A stretch of DNA of 64,000 nucleotides from Lachnospiraceae bacterium (GCA_017618195.1 JAFZUW010000013.1:9223-73222); one strand, 5' to 3'. Counted from the first letter of the stretch, positions 43,227-53,803 are shown. Notes: generated by a model from the letters alone, not told the origin. Translations and numbers: made by a program.

Positions 43227-44324
43227 TTATTTCTTCGTAATGTATCCGAGTGCCACGAGGGTTTCCGCGGAAAGGATTGCTCCGCCGGCGGCACCGCGCT
43301 TCGTGTTGTGGGAAAGACCTACGAACTTCCAGTCATAAACCTTGTCCTCACGGAGACGTCCTGCCGAAACGCCCATACCGCCCTCGATATCGCGGTCCAG
43401 TGCGCACTGCGGCCGGTTGTCCTCTTCGAAGTAGTTGATGAACTGCTTCGGAGCGCTCGGAAGGTTCAGCTCCTGGGGAAGCCCCTTGAAGTTCTTCCAG
43501 CACTCGAGGATCTGTTCCTTCGTGGGCTTCTTCTTAAACTTTACAAATACGGCAGCCGTATGTCCGTCGGAAACCGGAACGCGGATACACTGCGTCGTGA
43601 TCACGGGACCCTCTGCCTTAACAATCTTTCCGTTCTCGATATGCCCCCAGATACGAAGGGGCTCCTGCTCGCTCTTTTCTTCCTCGCCGCCGATGTAAGG
43701 GATTACGTTGTCGATCATCTCCGGCCAATCCTTGAACGTCTTGCCTGCACCGGAAATTGCCTGATACGTCGTAGCAACCACTTCGTAAGGCTCGAATTCC
43801 TTCAAAGCGTGAAGCATGGGCGTATAGCTCTGAATCGAGCAGTTCGGCTTAACCGCCACGAAACCGCGCTGCGTTCCGAGACGCTTTCTCTGGAACGGAA
43901 TAATCTCATAATGCTCGGGGTTCAGTTCCGGAACAACCATCGGAACGTCTTCCGTCCAGCGGTGTGCGCTGTTGTTCGAAACAACGGGAGTCTCCGTCTT
44001 AGCGTAAGCATCTTCGATGGCGCGGATCTCGTCCTTCGTCATATCAACTGCGGAAAATACGAAATCTACCTCCGCAGCAACCGCTTCCACTTCGTTTACG
44101 TTGCGGACAACAAGACCGGCTACTGCCGCAGGCATCGGGCTCGTCATCTTCCAGCGGTCGCCTACCGCTTCCGCATACGTCTTTCCCGCGCTTCTCGGGC
44201 TTGCCGCAACCATTGTTACCTCAAACCACGGATGATTCTCCAAAAGAGCTATAAATCTCTGTCCAACCATACCGGTTGCGCCGAGAATACCTACTTTAAA
44301 CTTTTCTTTTACTTCGACTGCCAT
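43227..44324 (-). CDS. asd: Aspartate-semialdehyde dehydrogenase
   Basis: Motifs VGILGATGMVGQRF, active-site NCSIQ and a HNTKRGAAG C-terminal region. Confidence 0.9.
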   Translation of the reverse strand: MAVEVKEKFKVGILGATGMVGQRFIALLENHPWFEVTMVAASPRSAGKTYAEAVGDRWKMTSPMPAAVAGLVVRNVNEVEAVAAEVDFVFSAVDMTKDEIRAIEDAYAKTETPVVSNNSAHRWTEDVPMVVPELNPEHYEIIPFQRKRLGTQRGFVAVKPNCSIQSYTPMLHALKEFEPYEVVATTYQAISGAGKTFKDWPEMIDNVIPYIGGEEEKSEQEPLRIWGHIENGKIVKAEGPVITTQCIRVPVSDGHTAAVFVKFKKKPTKEQILECWKNFKGLPQELNLPSAPKQFINYFEEDNRPQCALDRDIEGGMGVSAGRLREDKVYDWKFVGLSHNTKRGAAGGAILSAETLVALGYITKK

Positions 44325-44476
44325 TGTCGGACCTCCTGACTGCGGAACCGTCTCATTTTCCTGCTGTATTCCGCCTTGTGTTTTTCTGTGGCGGACATTT
44401 GTCCGCGAACTTGACTTATTTTATACCAGAACATCGGAAAATGCAAGCCCTAATTTCATCTTTTTTCAAAAACCGG

Positions 44477-45859
44477 TCACTCTGCCGCCTTCAGTTCGGG
44501 GTAATACAGGTAAAACGACTGCACCATAACTCCGAGTGCCTCCTGCCAGTTCGGGAACGAAACCGCCATCTGCCCGCTGAAACCATTCTCGTCCTTGAAG
44601 GAACGGTCGATCACGCGGTACATGACTTCCATTTCATGATAACGGTCATCCACAAGCACGAATCCGTCCATATGGGCAGGCATCACATAGATCATGGTGA
44701 TGGACTGCCTGGATGAAGCAGCCTCCCGGTTATCCGGCCAGAAGATCAGTTCAATCTTGTCTCCGTTCATCGGATCGTAGAAGTAGATATGCGGCTGCAT
44801 CTCGTAATATTCCGCTTCCTTTTCGTTCAGGCCGGAAAACTCAATGCCCTTTTCGGTAAGAAGCGCGGCGCACTCCGAATAGTCCAGCTTCCCGACTCCG
44901 TTGAACAGTCTCGGCATCAGATAATCATAAATCTCCGTAAATGCTTCCTGCGGGTCCTGCCTGTCCGTGCGGGCCTTCTTCATTCCGTCCTCATACGGTC
45001 CCGCATATTCTTCCGCGAACGCTCCGGGATGCTCTTCGATCAATACGGTTCCGTCGTGCTGGAGACTGGTATTGCGGAACAGCTGTCCGTCTTCAAACCA
45101 GTAAAAGATTCCGAGATCCGAGCATACGAACGGAAGCGTGTTTTTATCAACGGCTTCGCTTACAACCTGCTCCCAGTTGTCCACCAAAACGGCGGCCGCG
45201 GCGTATTTGGTGCTGATTTCCTCACAGATTGCTTTCTTCAGTTCTTCTTTATCCTTGATGACTTCGGAAAGCGTAAGCGCTTCGCCGGTAGCGGTTTTCA
45301 GAGAATAGCCCTTGCGGCTGGTCTGCGGCATTCCGTCCGAAACCGACTCAACCTTCTGGATGAAGGAAAATACGACCGAGTCATTCCGGAACGGCACGAT
45401 CTGCGTGTTGTAATGCCGGCGTTCGGTAACGGTCTGTGTGATTCCCGTCTGCTCTTCCTGCCTGTCCGTTTCCTCCGACCATTCAAGGATCGCGGTCTGC
45501 GCCCTCCGGACGTTCACGTAATTCTCATTGCCGAGCTTTTTCACCGCCGCGGCAAGTGCGTCGTATCCGTCTTCCGTTATATATATGAAATCAAGCGATG
45601 TCGTGAAAATCTGTTCTTCATGATGATAAAATACGATGTCGTCCACGGCTCTTCCGACTGCAAACGAAGGTCCCTCTTCCACGCTTACAACCGGCTTGGG
45701 GGCCGGAGTGGGCTCAGCGGTCGGCTCTGCGGTCGGCGTTTCCGTAGGCGCCTCCGTTGCCTTCTTACGCTTGTCAGCTCCGTCATCGTTTCCTTTGCCG
45801 CAGCCTGCGACGCAAACGATCATGATTGCCGTTAACAGTAAAGCAATCAGCTTCTTCAT
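44477..45859 (-). CDS. Lipoprotein with a DUF3298/RsiV-like extracytoplasmic domain (paralogue of 48038-49465)
   Basis: Lipobox VCVAGCGKG, a PT(A)EPT linker and a SRKGYSLKTATGEALTLSEVI region. Confidence 0.65.
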   Translation of the reverse strand: MKKLIALLLTAIMIVCVAGCGKGNDDGADKRKKATEAPTETPTAEPTAEPTPAPKPVVSVEEGPSFAVGRAVDDIVFYHHEEQIFTTSLDFIYITEDGYDALAAAVKKLGNENYVNVRRAQTAILEWSEETDRQEEQTGITQTVTERRHYNTQIVPFRNDSVVFSFIQKVESVSDGMPQTSRKGYSLKTATGEALTLSEVIKDKEELKKAICEEISTKYAAAAVLVDNWEQVVSEAVDKNTLPFVCSDLGIFYWFEDGQLFRNTSLQHDGTVLIEEHPGAFAEEYAGPYEDGMKKARTDRQDPQEAFTEIYDYLMPRLFNGVGKLDYSECAALLTEKGIEFSGLNEKEAEYYEMQPHIYFYDPMNGDKIELIFWPDNREAASSRQSITMIYVMPAHMDGFVLVDDRYHEMEVMYRVIDRSFKDENGFSGQMAVSFPNWQEALGVMVQSFYLYYPELKAAE

Positions 45860-45884
45860 ACAAAATCCTCCGTATCATTACGTT

Positions 45885-46856
45885 TTATTCATCAAAAGTA
45901 TGTCCGGCATACTCCGATAACAAATCCTGCAGATCGCGGTAACCCGTAATCTCGTTGGCGCGCCTTCTGAGCGCCGCGGAATCCGGATATCCCGCAAAAT
46001 ACCACGCGACATGGCTCCGCATCGCCGGCATCGCACGCCGTTCGCCGTATCGTTCAATCGCCATCCGCGCGTGTCTGAGCGCCGTCTTACAAACTTCCGG
46101 TACCGAAGGCTTTTCGGGAACCGGCCGTCCGTCCAGCGCGGCGGCACATTGCGCGAAGATCCACGGATTGCCTCTTGCAGCCCGCGCGATCATGATGCAG
46201 TCAACACCCGTTTCCGCCTTCATGCTAAGCGCTTTCTCGGGACAGTTTACGTCCCCGCTTCCGATCACTGGTATTGAAACCGCTTCCTTAACCCTTCGGA
46301 TGCAGTCCCAGTCCGCGGTTCCGCCGTAGTATTCGCCGCGAAGCCTTCCGTGTACGGCGATCGCGGACGCACCGGCAGCTTCGCATATCTTTGCGACTTC
46401 CGCGGAGTTATCGCGGTCAAATCCTTTGCGGATCTTTACGAGAACCGGCTTTTTCTGCGCTTTGACCATGGCTTCGACGATCCTGCCGATCCGTTCCGGG
46501 TCCTTCATCAACGCGGAACCTTCCCCGTTGTTGACTACTTTCGGGACCGGACAGCCCATATTTATGTCAAAAAAATCAAACGACCTGTCTTCTAGACGGG
46601 CCGCCTGATCCGCCATGATTGCCGGATCGCTTCCGAACAGCTGGAGTGCGATCGGATGCTCCTCTTCCGACGTGCCGAGCAATTCCTCGGTGTTACGGTT
46701 ATTGTACATGACGCCTTTCGCGCTGACCATTTCCGTATAGAGGAGCCCCGCTCCCTGTTCTTTGCATAACAATCGAAACGGTAAATCGGTCACTCCGGCC
46801 ATCGGCCCGAGTGCCAGTTCGGTTTTTACGGTAATCTCTCCGATGCGAAAACTCAT
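45885..46856 (-). CDS. dusB: tRNA dihydrouridine synthase
   Basis: Motifs [23 protein letters not shown] and AVHGR. Confidence 0.9.
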   Translation of the reverse strand: MSFRIGEITVKTELALGPMAGVTDLPFRLLCKEQGAGLLYTEMVSAKGVMYNNRNTEELLGTSEEEHPIALQLFGSDPAIMADQAARLEDRSFDFFDINMGCPVPKVVNNGEGSALMKDPERIGRIVEAMVKAQKKPVLVKIRKGFDRDNSAEVAKICEAAGASAIAVHGRLRGEYYGGTADWDCIRRVKEAVSIPVIGSGDVNCPEKALSMKAETGVDCIMIARAARGNPWIFAQCAAALDGRPVPEKPSVPEVCKTALRHARMAIERYGERRAMPAMRSHVAWYFAGYPDSAALRRRANEITGYRDLQDLLSEYAGHTFDE

Positions 46857-47650
46857 GCTTTTTCCTTTCGCTTCGGCTGTCTTTCATAGATAATCTGAAG
46901 ACCCTTTAAAGTAAGGTCCGGATCATAAACATCGATCATGTCGGTTTCTTCGGAAATGATCCTTCCGAGTCCGCCGGTTGCTACAACCTTCATCTCGCTG
47001 AGGCCCGCTTCCTCTTTCACCTTTTTGATGATGTATTCCGTCTGTCCGATGCAGCCGTACACGAGACCGGCCTGCATACTCGAGGTCGTATCTCTCGCGA
47101 GAATGCTTTCAGGCTTCTCGATCGCGATCTCGGGAAGCTTGGCGGTCTCATTCCAGAGCGCGTTCGCGCAGATGCGGATGCCCGGGCTCGTGATACCAGT
47201 TTCGAAAATGCATCCCGGCAGTACGAGGTCGTATGTTGTCGCCGTTCCGAAATCGATTACCATAACCGGAGATCCGTACAGTTCATAACCTGCCACGCAG
47301 TCCACAACACGGTCCGCACCGAGTTCCTTCGGATTCGCCATATTGATTCTGAGTCCGGTCTTCATGCCCGCGCTCACCACGATCGGCGTGCGGTTCAGAT
47401 ACTTGATGATACCGGAATTCAGCGAATACATGATTCCGGGAACAACCGATGCAACGATAACGTCCTTCAGATCGTCAGGCGAGAACCCTTTGCCCTGTAA
47501 AAGCGACGTGATCCAGACGCCGAACTCGTCGCTCGTACGCTGCATCTTGGTCGTCATGCGGAACGTCCTAAGAAGCTCCTTTCCCCGAAATACGCCGAAT
47601 GTGATATTGGTATTACCGACATCGATTCCGAGCAGTAATTTCTTGTCCAT
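46853..47650 (-). CDS. coaX: Type III pantothenate kinase
   Basis: Motifs [16 protein letters not shown] and DFGTATT. Confidence 0.9.
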   Translation of the reverse strand: MDKKLLLGIDVGNTNITFGVFRGKELLRTFRMTTKMQRTSDEFGVWITSLLQGKGFSPDDLKDVIVASVVPGIMYSLNSGIIKYLNRTPIVVSAGMKTGLRINMANPKELGADRVVDCVAGYELYGSPVMVIDFGTATTYDLVLPGCIFETGITSPGIRICANALWNETAKLPEIAIEKPESILARDTTSSMQAGLVYGCIGQTEYIIKKVKEEAGLSEMKVVATGGLGRIISEETDMIDVYDPDLTLKGLQIIYERQPKRKEKA

Positions 47651-47686
47651 GTTTAATCCTCCCGTTCATCCTTCCGGCATGCGCCG

Positions 47687-48019
47687 TTACTCTCCGTCTT
47701 CCCCGAGGAAGAAAACCCGGAAATACATCTCCAAAGACTCCAAAAACTCCCTCTGTTCCGACTGAAGTTTCTTAATCTCAAGCGCGCTGCCGATCTCGTC
47801 AAACATCGCATCCGCCTCGTTCGCGGATACCGAGAATTCCAGATTCCCGTTCTCGTCGTATTCTAACATCAGCCGTCCGCCCACCTTTTCCGTAAAGAAC
47901 ACGCACATGATCTTCAGCTGATCCTTTACATCCTGCGGCAGATTGTCAAAATCCGGATTCAGATAAAACAGTTTTTCATATGAACTTGCTCCGCAGAGCA
48001 CTACCTTGTCCTGATACAT
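47687..48019 (-). CDS. Small acidic cytoplasmic protein, conserved-hypothetical type
   Basis: 110-aa ORF in operon context between the lipoprotein gene and coaX. I recognise no catalytic motif. Confidence 0.55.
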   Translation of the reverse strand: MYQDKVVLCGASSYEKLFYLNPDFDNLPQDVKDQLKIMCVFFTEKVGGRLMLEYDENGNLEFSVSANEADAMFDEIGSALEIKKLQSEQREFLESLEMYFRVFFLGEDGE

Positions 48020-48037
48020 GGTCTGTCCTTTTCCTCT

Positions 48038-49465
48038 CTATTCCTCATAAACCGTCTGGCGGACATCGTCATAGTAGCACGGAATCGTGATGATCATAAC
48101 ATCGAGCGCGGCATCGGCGTCGTAGACGTATGCGGAATCACGGCTCCCGTCGAAGGAGCAGTCAATGATGTTGTAACGGATATATCCGTCATCATCGAGG
48201 TCGACAATCAGGAAGGATTCATAATCCTCGAAATATAAGCTTATATAATCCATTACCTGACGGTTGCCCGTAATATCGCCTTCCGGCCAGAAGAAGACGA
48301 AGTAACGGTCGTCGAATTCACGGTCATAGAAAATCGCGTAAGCATCCGACTCACGCTCCGCGGCTTCCTCATCGCCGAAACCTTCATAGGCAATACCTAA
48401 GTCATCGAGATATGCCGCAAGGTCTTCCCAGTGCATCTCGCCGAGACCGTCCACTACGCCGGAGAACAGTTCTCCGTACTGTTCCGAACGGAAATAACCC
48501 CAGGAATCAAGCGGTCCGATCAGCCCTTCCGGATACTTCGATTTCTGCTCATATTCACCGTAGGCACCGATGAGGTCCGGATTAAACCGCGTGTAGTACT
48601 TCTCCACCGGGTATTCAATGCTCACTTCGCCGACAACATAAGGCGCCAGAACGCCGTTGTTGCACCATACCACAAGACCGTCATCCACGGCAGCCCAGCC
48701 GATAGTTCCTTCCGAAACGTTCTCACGGACGCGGTCTTCCCAGTTATCCCAGTAGCCGTATTCATCCGCGCAGACGGCGAACAGTTCAAGAATATCCTCG
48801 GTAAAGCCGTTCATATCGGTAATCATCGTCGCAAGGTTAATCGCCTCACCGGTCTTTGTATCAAAAGCGTAACCCTTTCTGGACAGGTAATTCTGCGCTC
48901 CTCCTAGATAGGAATCCACCGAACGGGTATACGCGAATACCCTGGAGTCGTTTCGCGTTACATCGATATAGTCAGTCTCATACCATTTGTAACTGAATTC
49001 ATACGTAACCTCGTCAAGCAGCTCACCCGCATTCTCACGAACCATGTCGAGTTTGTTGTATTCCTCAAGATTCTGCGCACGGATTGCTTTGCCGAGGGGT
49101 TCGAATTCCGGTTCGGTGATATACAGATAATCGATTTCGGAATCGAACGCAGGTCCTTCGCCGGTATAATAGTCGCAGTAGCGGTCACATCCGTCACCTC
49201 TTGCGACAACATAAGAAGGTCCCTCCGTCACGTCGGGAACCGGAAGTTTCGAAAGATCCGGCGTCGGTGTGACAACCGGTCCGTCCGTCGGTTCCGGACC
49301 GTCGGTCGGCGTAACCGGATTCGTCGGCTCAGCGGTCGGGGTACCCGTCGCATCGCCTCTGTCTCTGGATTTACCGCTCTTTGCGGAGTCGTCCTCACTG
49401 CCGCAAGCGGTGATACTCAATAACAGCACGATTATCAAAAAAATGCTTCCGATCCTCTTTAACAT
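48038..49465 (-). CDS. Lipoprotein with a DUF3298/RsiV-like domain (paralogue of 44477-45859)
   Basis: Lipobox LSITACGSE, a PTAEPT linker and a SRKGYAFDTKTGEAINLATMI region. It is collinear with the paralogue over most of its length. Confidence 0.65.
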   Translation of the reverse strand: MLKRIGSIFLIIVLLLSITACGSEDDSAKSGKSRDRGDATGTPTAEPTNPVTPTDGPEPTDGPVVTPTPDLSKLPVPDVTEGPSYVVARGDGCDRYCDYYTGEGPAFDSEIDYLYITEPEFEPLGKAIRAQNLEEYNKLDMVRENAGELLDEVTYEFSYKWYETDYIDVTRNDSRVFAYTRSVDSYLGGAQNYLSRKGYAFDTKTGEAINLATMITDMNGFTEDILELFAVCADEYGYWDNWEDRVRENVSEGTIGWAAVDDGLVVWCNNGVLAPYVVGEVSIEYPVEKYYTRFNPDLIGAYGEYEQKSKYPEGLIGPLDSWGYFRSEQYGELFSGVVDGLGEMHWEDLAAYLDDLGIAYEGFGDEEAAERESDAYAIFYDREFDDRYFVFFWPEGDITGNRQVMDYISLYFEDYESFLIVDLDDDGYIRYNIIDCSFDGSRDSAYVYDADAALDVMIITIPCYYDDVRQTVYEE

Positions 49466-49476
49466 GTCAGTTCACC

Positions 49477-50481
49477 TCAAAACTTAAGGTCTTCCTCACT
49501 GAGCGTAGCAAACATAACCGCCTTGATGGTATGCATACGATTCTCGGCCTCGTCGAAAACCTTGCTGTATTTTGATTCGAATACTTCGTCGGTAACTTCC
49601 ATTTCATTCAGTCCGAACTTTTCGCTGATCTTCTGACCGATGCCGGTATTAAGATCATGGAAGCTCGGCAGACAGTGTAAGAAGATCGCGTCGTCAGCGG
49701 CGTTCTCCATGCACTTCATGTTTACCTGGTAAGGAAGCAGGTCATGGATACGCTCGTTCCAAACCTCGTCGGGCTCGCCCATCGATACCCAAACGTCGGT
49801 GGAAATAACGTCGGCGTCCTTCGTTCCCTCGTTTACGTCCTCGGTAAACGTGAGGATTGCTCCGGACTCCTTCGCATAGCCTTCGCAAACCTTGCGGAGT
49901 TCTTCGTTCGGCCAGTACTTCTTCGGTGCGCAGCATACGAAATGAAGACCGAGCTTGCTGCATACGATCATCAGCGAATTGCCGGTATTGTAGCGGGCGT
50001 CTCCGAGATAAGCGAACTTGATGCCCTTGAGACGTCCGAAATGATCCCGTACGGTCAACATGTCGGCAAGCATCTGCGTCGGATGATACTCGTTCGTAAG
50101 GCCGTTCCAAACCGGAACGCCCGAATACTTCGCAAGCGTCTCAACGATTTCCTGACCGTAGCCGCGGTACTCGATGCCGTCGAACATTCTGCCGAGCACT
50201 CTCGCGGTATCGGCAATGCTTTCCTTCTTGCCGATCTGCGAAGCGGACGGATCCAGATACGTCGTTCCCATACCGAGATCGTGCGCGGCAACCTCAAAGG
50301 AACAGCGCGTTCTCGTACTCGTCTTCTCGAAAATAAGCGCAATATTCTTGCCTTCGCAACCGGTCACGCGGATCCGGTTCTTCTTTCTTCTGCGAAGTTC
50401 CTCGGCCAGATCGAGAAACTCGATAATCTCCTCCGGCGTGTAATCCTTCAATGTCAAAAACGATCTTCCTTTGATATTCAT
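49477..50481 (-). CDS. argF: Ornithine carbamoyltransferase
   Basis: Motifs [17 protein letters not shown] and HCLPSFH. The start is trimmed to MNIKGRSFL, preceded by GGGAGG. I cannot tell from sequence whether the role is anabolic or catabolic. Confidence 0.85.
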   Translation of the reverse strand: MNIKGRSFLTLKDYTPEEIIEFLDLAEELRRRKKNRIRVTGCEGKNIALIFEKTSTRTRCSFEVAAHDLGMGTTYLDPSASQIGKKESIADTARVLGRMFDGIEYRGYGQEIVETLAKYSGVPVWNGLTNEYHPTQMLADMLTVRDHFGRLKGIKFAYLGDARYNTGNSLMIVCSKLGLHFVCCAPKKYWPNEELRKVCEGYAKESGAILTFTEDVNEGTKDADVISTDVWVSMGEPDEVWNERIHDLLPYQVNMKCMENAADDAIFLHCLPSFHDLNTGIGQKISEKFGLNEMEVTDEVFESKYSKVFDEAENRMHTIKAVMFATLSEEDLKF

Positions 50482-50538
50482 GTCCGTACCTCCCGTATGG
50501 TATCTGAGGGGATTCATCCCCGTATATTTCATTCTGTT

Positions 50539-51300
50539 TTAGTATTCCACTGACCTTAGCGTCAGCCCGTGTGCCGGAGCCGTCGGCCCCGCCAGCGTCC
50601 TGTCTCCGCCCGCAAGGATTTCCTTCATCTCTTCGGGCTTCCGTACGCCTTCTCCGATCTCGATCAGCGTTCCCGTCAGGATTCTTACCATGTTCGGCAG
50701 AAATCCGTTTCCGGAAAATGCGACCGTTACTTCCGGAAATACCGCTTCGCCTTCGGTCCTCTCCGATTCCGTTACGGTAATCCCGTAGATCGTTCGGACG
50801 GTTGACTTCTTGTAGTGGCGGTTTCCGAGAAAGCTCTTAAAATCATGCTCTCCGATCAGATATTCCGATGCCTTCCGCATCGCCTCAAGGTCTAACGGTT
50901 CCGGATGCCAAAGCACGTACTGCCTTCCGAACACCGGCCGGATTTCACCGGTCACGATCCGGTAGCAGTAGGTCTTTCGTTTCGCGTTCAGGCGCGCATG
51001 GAACCTAGCATCGGTCAGCCGGCAGTCGGTAACGACGATATCCTTCGGAAGGAAGGTATTCATCCTCTCCATCACCTTTGCCGGTCCGAGATCGGTCTGC
51101 ACCGCAAAGCTCGCGACCTGTCCGACGGCGTGTACTCCCGCGTCGGTCCGCCCGGAGCCTTGGATCTCAACCTCCTGCTCAAACAGCTTCGAAAGCATCG
51201 CTTCGATCCGTCCCTGAATTGTATTGTCTGTGTTGCCCTGCTTCTGCCAGCCGTCATAGCGGCTCCCGTCATACTGCAGGGTCACGCGGAAATGCTTCAT
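50539..51300 (-). CDS. truA: tRNA pseudouridine(38-40) synthase
   Basis: Motif GSGRTDAGVHA and full-length TruA-like sequence. Confidence 0.9.
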   Translation of the reverse strand: MKHFRVTLQYDGSRYDGWQKQGNTDNTIQGRIEAMLSKLFEQEVEIQGSGRTDAGVHAVGQVASFAVQTDLGPAKVMERMNTFLPKDIVVTDCRLTDARFHARLNAKRKTYCYRIVTGEIRPVFGRQYVLWHPEPLDLEAMRKASEYLIGEHDFKSFLGNRHYKKSTVRTIYGITVTESERTEGEAVFPEVTVAFSGNGFLPNMVRILTGTLIEIGEGVRKPEEMKEILAGGDRTLAGPTAPAHGLTLRSVEY

Positions 51301-51410
51301 AACCCTTATCCGTGCAGGCTTTTTCTTAACCGGTAACGCGCCTGCGGCGCTGCCGGTCCGGTCCGATTATCCGTCGAACCGTTTCCTATGCAAATAAAAA
51401 GACATTTTAC

Positions 51411-51419
51411 ATCATATCA
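51411..51419 (-). promoter_or_regulatory. Extended -10 element upstream of truA
   Basis: GGAAAATG-TGaTATGAT on the minus strand. Confidence 0.4.
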
Positions 51420-51450
51420 CATTTTCCGAAACAAGACAAACGATTCTTTT

Positions 51451-51480
51451 GAAAATACGAAAACCGCCCCGAAGGGCGGT
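51451..51480 (-). terminator. Rho-independent terminator after the YD-repeat gene
   Basis: Minus strand: ACCGCCC-ttcg-GGGCGGT followed by TTTTCGTATTTTC. Confidence 0.75.
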
Positions 51481-51510
51481 AAAACGTATGTTATTCTATT
51501 TTCAAATCCA

Positions 51511-52809
51511 TCATTTCCAGTAAAAAATACCCGGCAGGTCTTCGGGAAAATACGCATAAAACTCGGCATTTTCCGCAGCCTGAGCCTTGGGAACATCTAT
51601 TTTCACGTAAGTATAGGTATATTTCTCCCTGTCATTTTTCCTTTCCGTGAGATTCCCGTTATCATCATACAGGTATTCCGTTTCCACGGGGGTTATGCCG
51701 AGGTATATCTCCGACACTTTCACAACACGCCCGTTTTCGTCAAACTCCGGGGCGTAGGAGTATTCCAATACTCCGAACACAGTCTTCTTCTCGGAAATGA
51801 TGCGTCCGTCCTTGTCATACTCACACTCCGAAATTGTTGTCTCTCCGTTCTTCGGATCATTTTCATATGCCTGATAGACACTCTTTGTTACCAGAATACC
51901 GCGTTCCGTTTCCTCATACTCATAAGAGATTCTCGATTTCACAAAGGAGCCCTGCGAATACTCTTCTTTGATGATCCTTCCGTCCTTATCATATTCCCTG
52001 ACGCCGGTGTGGTCAGCGGAATACCCTCCTTTTGCGTAGATTTTCTCTTCCCGTCCTTCGTTAAAATACGTCACGTAAAGCGTCAGTTCTTTTTTCCCGC
52101 CGTCTTGCGGAGAGTCATAACTTCTTATGACACATCCTTCCGCATTGCACTCATTGTTTTTTACGATAACGCTTTCGCCGGCTGTCCCGCCGACGTTTTC
52201 CCTCTTTTCCTCCAGGACAACATGCCCATACGCATCATAGGAATACAGAGTGACCGTTTCCGTATAAGGCGTGGATGCGCTCTCGTGCTGAACCGTCAGA
52301 CTCAGAGGTCTTTCCTGCTCATCATACTGCGTCGCTTCCACATGGAAGTAAGTGTCGCATGATTCGTTCTTCACCTGAAAACGGATTCTGCCGTCCGGCA
52401 GAAACTCTTTTGTTATGATTTCCTCATCCGCCGTTTGGGTAACTCTCGTAATCGGGATTCCTTCGTCGTAATAGTACGAATACTCATAGGTTCCTTTTTT
52501 CGCGTCACTGTATATCACATACAAAAGCCGCCCCTTTTCGTCATACTCGCACCGGAACACGAGCGACTCCCTTCCGGCGGAATCGGTACGGAATTCCTCC
52601 GTAAGAAACCACGGCCCCCTGTCCGTCTCAGCGGAAGCCTTCTTCCCCGCTTCGGGCTTCCCCTTCCCTGGCTTTTCCTCACGGAAAATGGAAACCATCA
52701 GCACAATCCATGCCGCGATTACCGCTACGCAGATTCCGGCAATCGCCGTTGCGATCTTCTGTTTCCTGCCGAACTTATTTTTTAAATTCTTCCCTGCTTT
52801 TCCTTTCAT
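51511..52809 (-). CDS. Membrane-anchored protein with YD/RHS-like repeats
   Basis: N-terminal TM helix (IAGICVAVIAAWIVLMVSIF) followed by at least five Y/F-D-x-x-G-R/N-x repeats (EYDEKGRLL, EYDKDGRII x2, EFDENGRVV, LYDDNGNLT). The gene has low-GC composition. Confidence 0.6.
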   Translation of the reverse strand: MKGKAGKNLKNKFGRKQKIATAIAGICVAVIAAWIVLMVSIFREEKPGKGKPEAGKKASAETDRGPWFLTEEFRTDSAGRESLVFRCEYDEKGRLLYVIYSDAKKGTYEYSYYYDEGIPITRVTQTADEEIITKEFLPDGRIRFQVKNESCDTYFHVEATQYDEQERPLSLTVQHESASTPYTETVTLYSYDAYGHVVLEEKRENVGGTAGESVIVKNNECNAEGCVIRSYDSPQDGGKKELTLYVTYFNEGREEKIYAKGGYSADHTGVREYDKDGRIIKEEYSQGSFVKSRISYEYEETERGILVTKSVYQAYENDPKNGETTISECEYDKDGRIISEKKTVFGVLEYSYAPEFDENGRVVKVSEIYLGITPVETEYLYDDNGNLTERKNDREKYTYTYVKIDVPKAQAAENAEFYAYFPEDLPGIFYWK

Positions 52810-52873
52810 TTCCGTCCCCCTGCTTCGCTATCCCGTCCTCCTTGACGGTTGTCTGTCACACAGACATATTATT

Positions 52874-52882
52874 ACTATATCA
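52874..52882 (-). promoter_or_regulatory. Extended -10 element upstream of the YD-repeat gene
   Basis: GGAAAATG-TGaTATAGT on the minus strand. Confidence 0.45.
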
Positions 52883-52941
52883 CATTTTCCTTCTTTTCGT
52901 GATAAAATGTGAATCTTTTTTGCAAAAAGGGCAATCTGCCT

Positions 52942-52969
52942 TTACACTCTTTTGAAAAACCTTTATAAT
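52942..52969 (+). promoter_or_regulatory. Promoter of the VTC-DUF4956-CotH operon
   Basis: TTACAC, 16 nt, TATAAT on the plus strand. Confidence 0.5.
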
Positions 52970-53057
52970 GCTATCGTAAACGGCAGTCCGTGCCTGTTGC
53001 AATTGTGTGCGGAGGCGGTGCGGCCGTCTTTCGAATTCGGTTTTCGGGGCGTAATTT

Positions 53058-53792
53058 ATGAGGTTTTTACGGTATCAAAATCCATTTGCAAAGAAGAAGG
53101 GAAGGCATGAGATTAAAATTCTTCTGACCTATCCGCAATACATGGAGCTTCGCGCACGGGTTTCCGGCATCCTGACCCCTGATCCGAACATGCCGGGTCC
53201 CGAGGGCTATCTGATCCGGAGCGTTTACCTCGATACGATTCGAAACGACGCCTACTACGAAAAAGACAGCGGCGTGGAGCACCGGAACAAATACCGGATA
53301 CGCGCCTACAACGGCAGCGATTCCTATATCATGCTCGAGAACAAAGAGAAGATTGACGACCGGATCATAAAAACCGGGGCGAGGATCACGCGGGCGGACT
53401 ACGACGCGATCCTGAAGGGCGATTTCTCCGCACTCGGAGCATACGACGACCCGCTCTGTAAGGAAGTTCTTGCGAAGCATACTTCCGCCGGGCTTTCGCC
53501 GAAAGTGATCGTCGAGTACTACCGTGAAGCGTTCATCCATCCGCTTTCGAGGGTGCGCGTCACATTTGACCGCCTGATTGCGGCGGGTATGAACACGCTC
53601 GACATGTTCGACGAAAACCTGCACACCTCGCCGGTGTTCGAAAAACGCGAGGTCGTTCTCGAAGTCAAATACGACGACGCCTTTCCGATGTACTTAAAAC
53701 AGCTTCTCACCAATAACGGGATCCGGCTTGCGGTTTCCAAGTTCGTCCTGTGCACCGAGAAACTGAAAAACAACTATACCGTATTACGATAA
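53058..53792 (+). CDS. VTC-domain protein (polyphosphate-polymerase / triphosphate-tunnel-like)
   Basis: RHEIKILL start of the tunnel fold, followed by YLDT..ND.YYEK, YRIRAY and LENKEK in the order typical of bacterial VTC-domain proteins. Confidence 0.7.
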   Translation: MRFLRYQNPFAKKKGRHEIKILLTYPQYMELRARVSGILTPDPNMPGPEGYLIRSVYLDTIRNDAYYEKDSGVEHRNKYRIRAYNGSDSYIMLENKEKIDDRIIKTGARITRADYDAILKGDFSALGAYDDPLCKEVLAKHTSAGLSPKVIVEYYREAFIHPLSRVRVTFDRLIAAGMNTLDMFDENLHTSPVFEKREVVLEVKYDDAFPMYLKQLLTNNGIRLAVSKFVLCTEKLKNNYTVLR

Positions 53793-53803
53793 GGAGCATC
53801 CAC

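Noticed and set aside
44325-44476. The asd leader, considered as a possible lysine (L-box) riboswitch or T-box.
   Set aside because: - It is only about 90 nt between the promoter-like element and the RBS.
- It contains just one short hairpin (GCGGAC-AAAT-GTCCGC) with no U-run.
- None of the conserved L-box or T-box sequence blocks is present.
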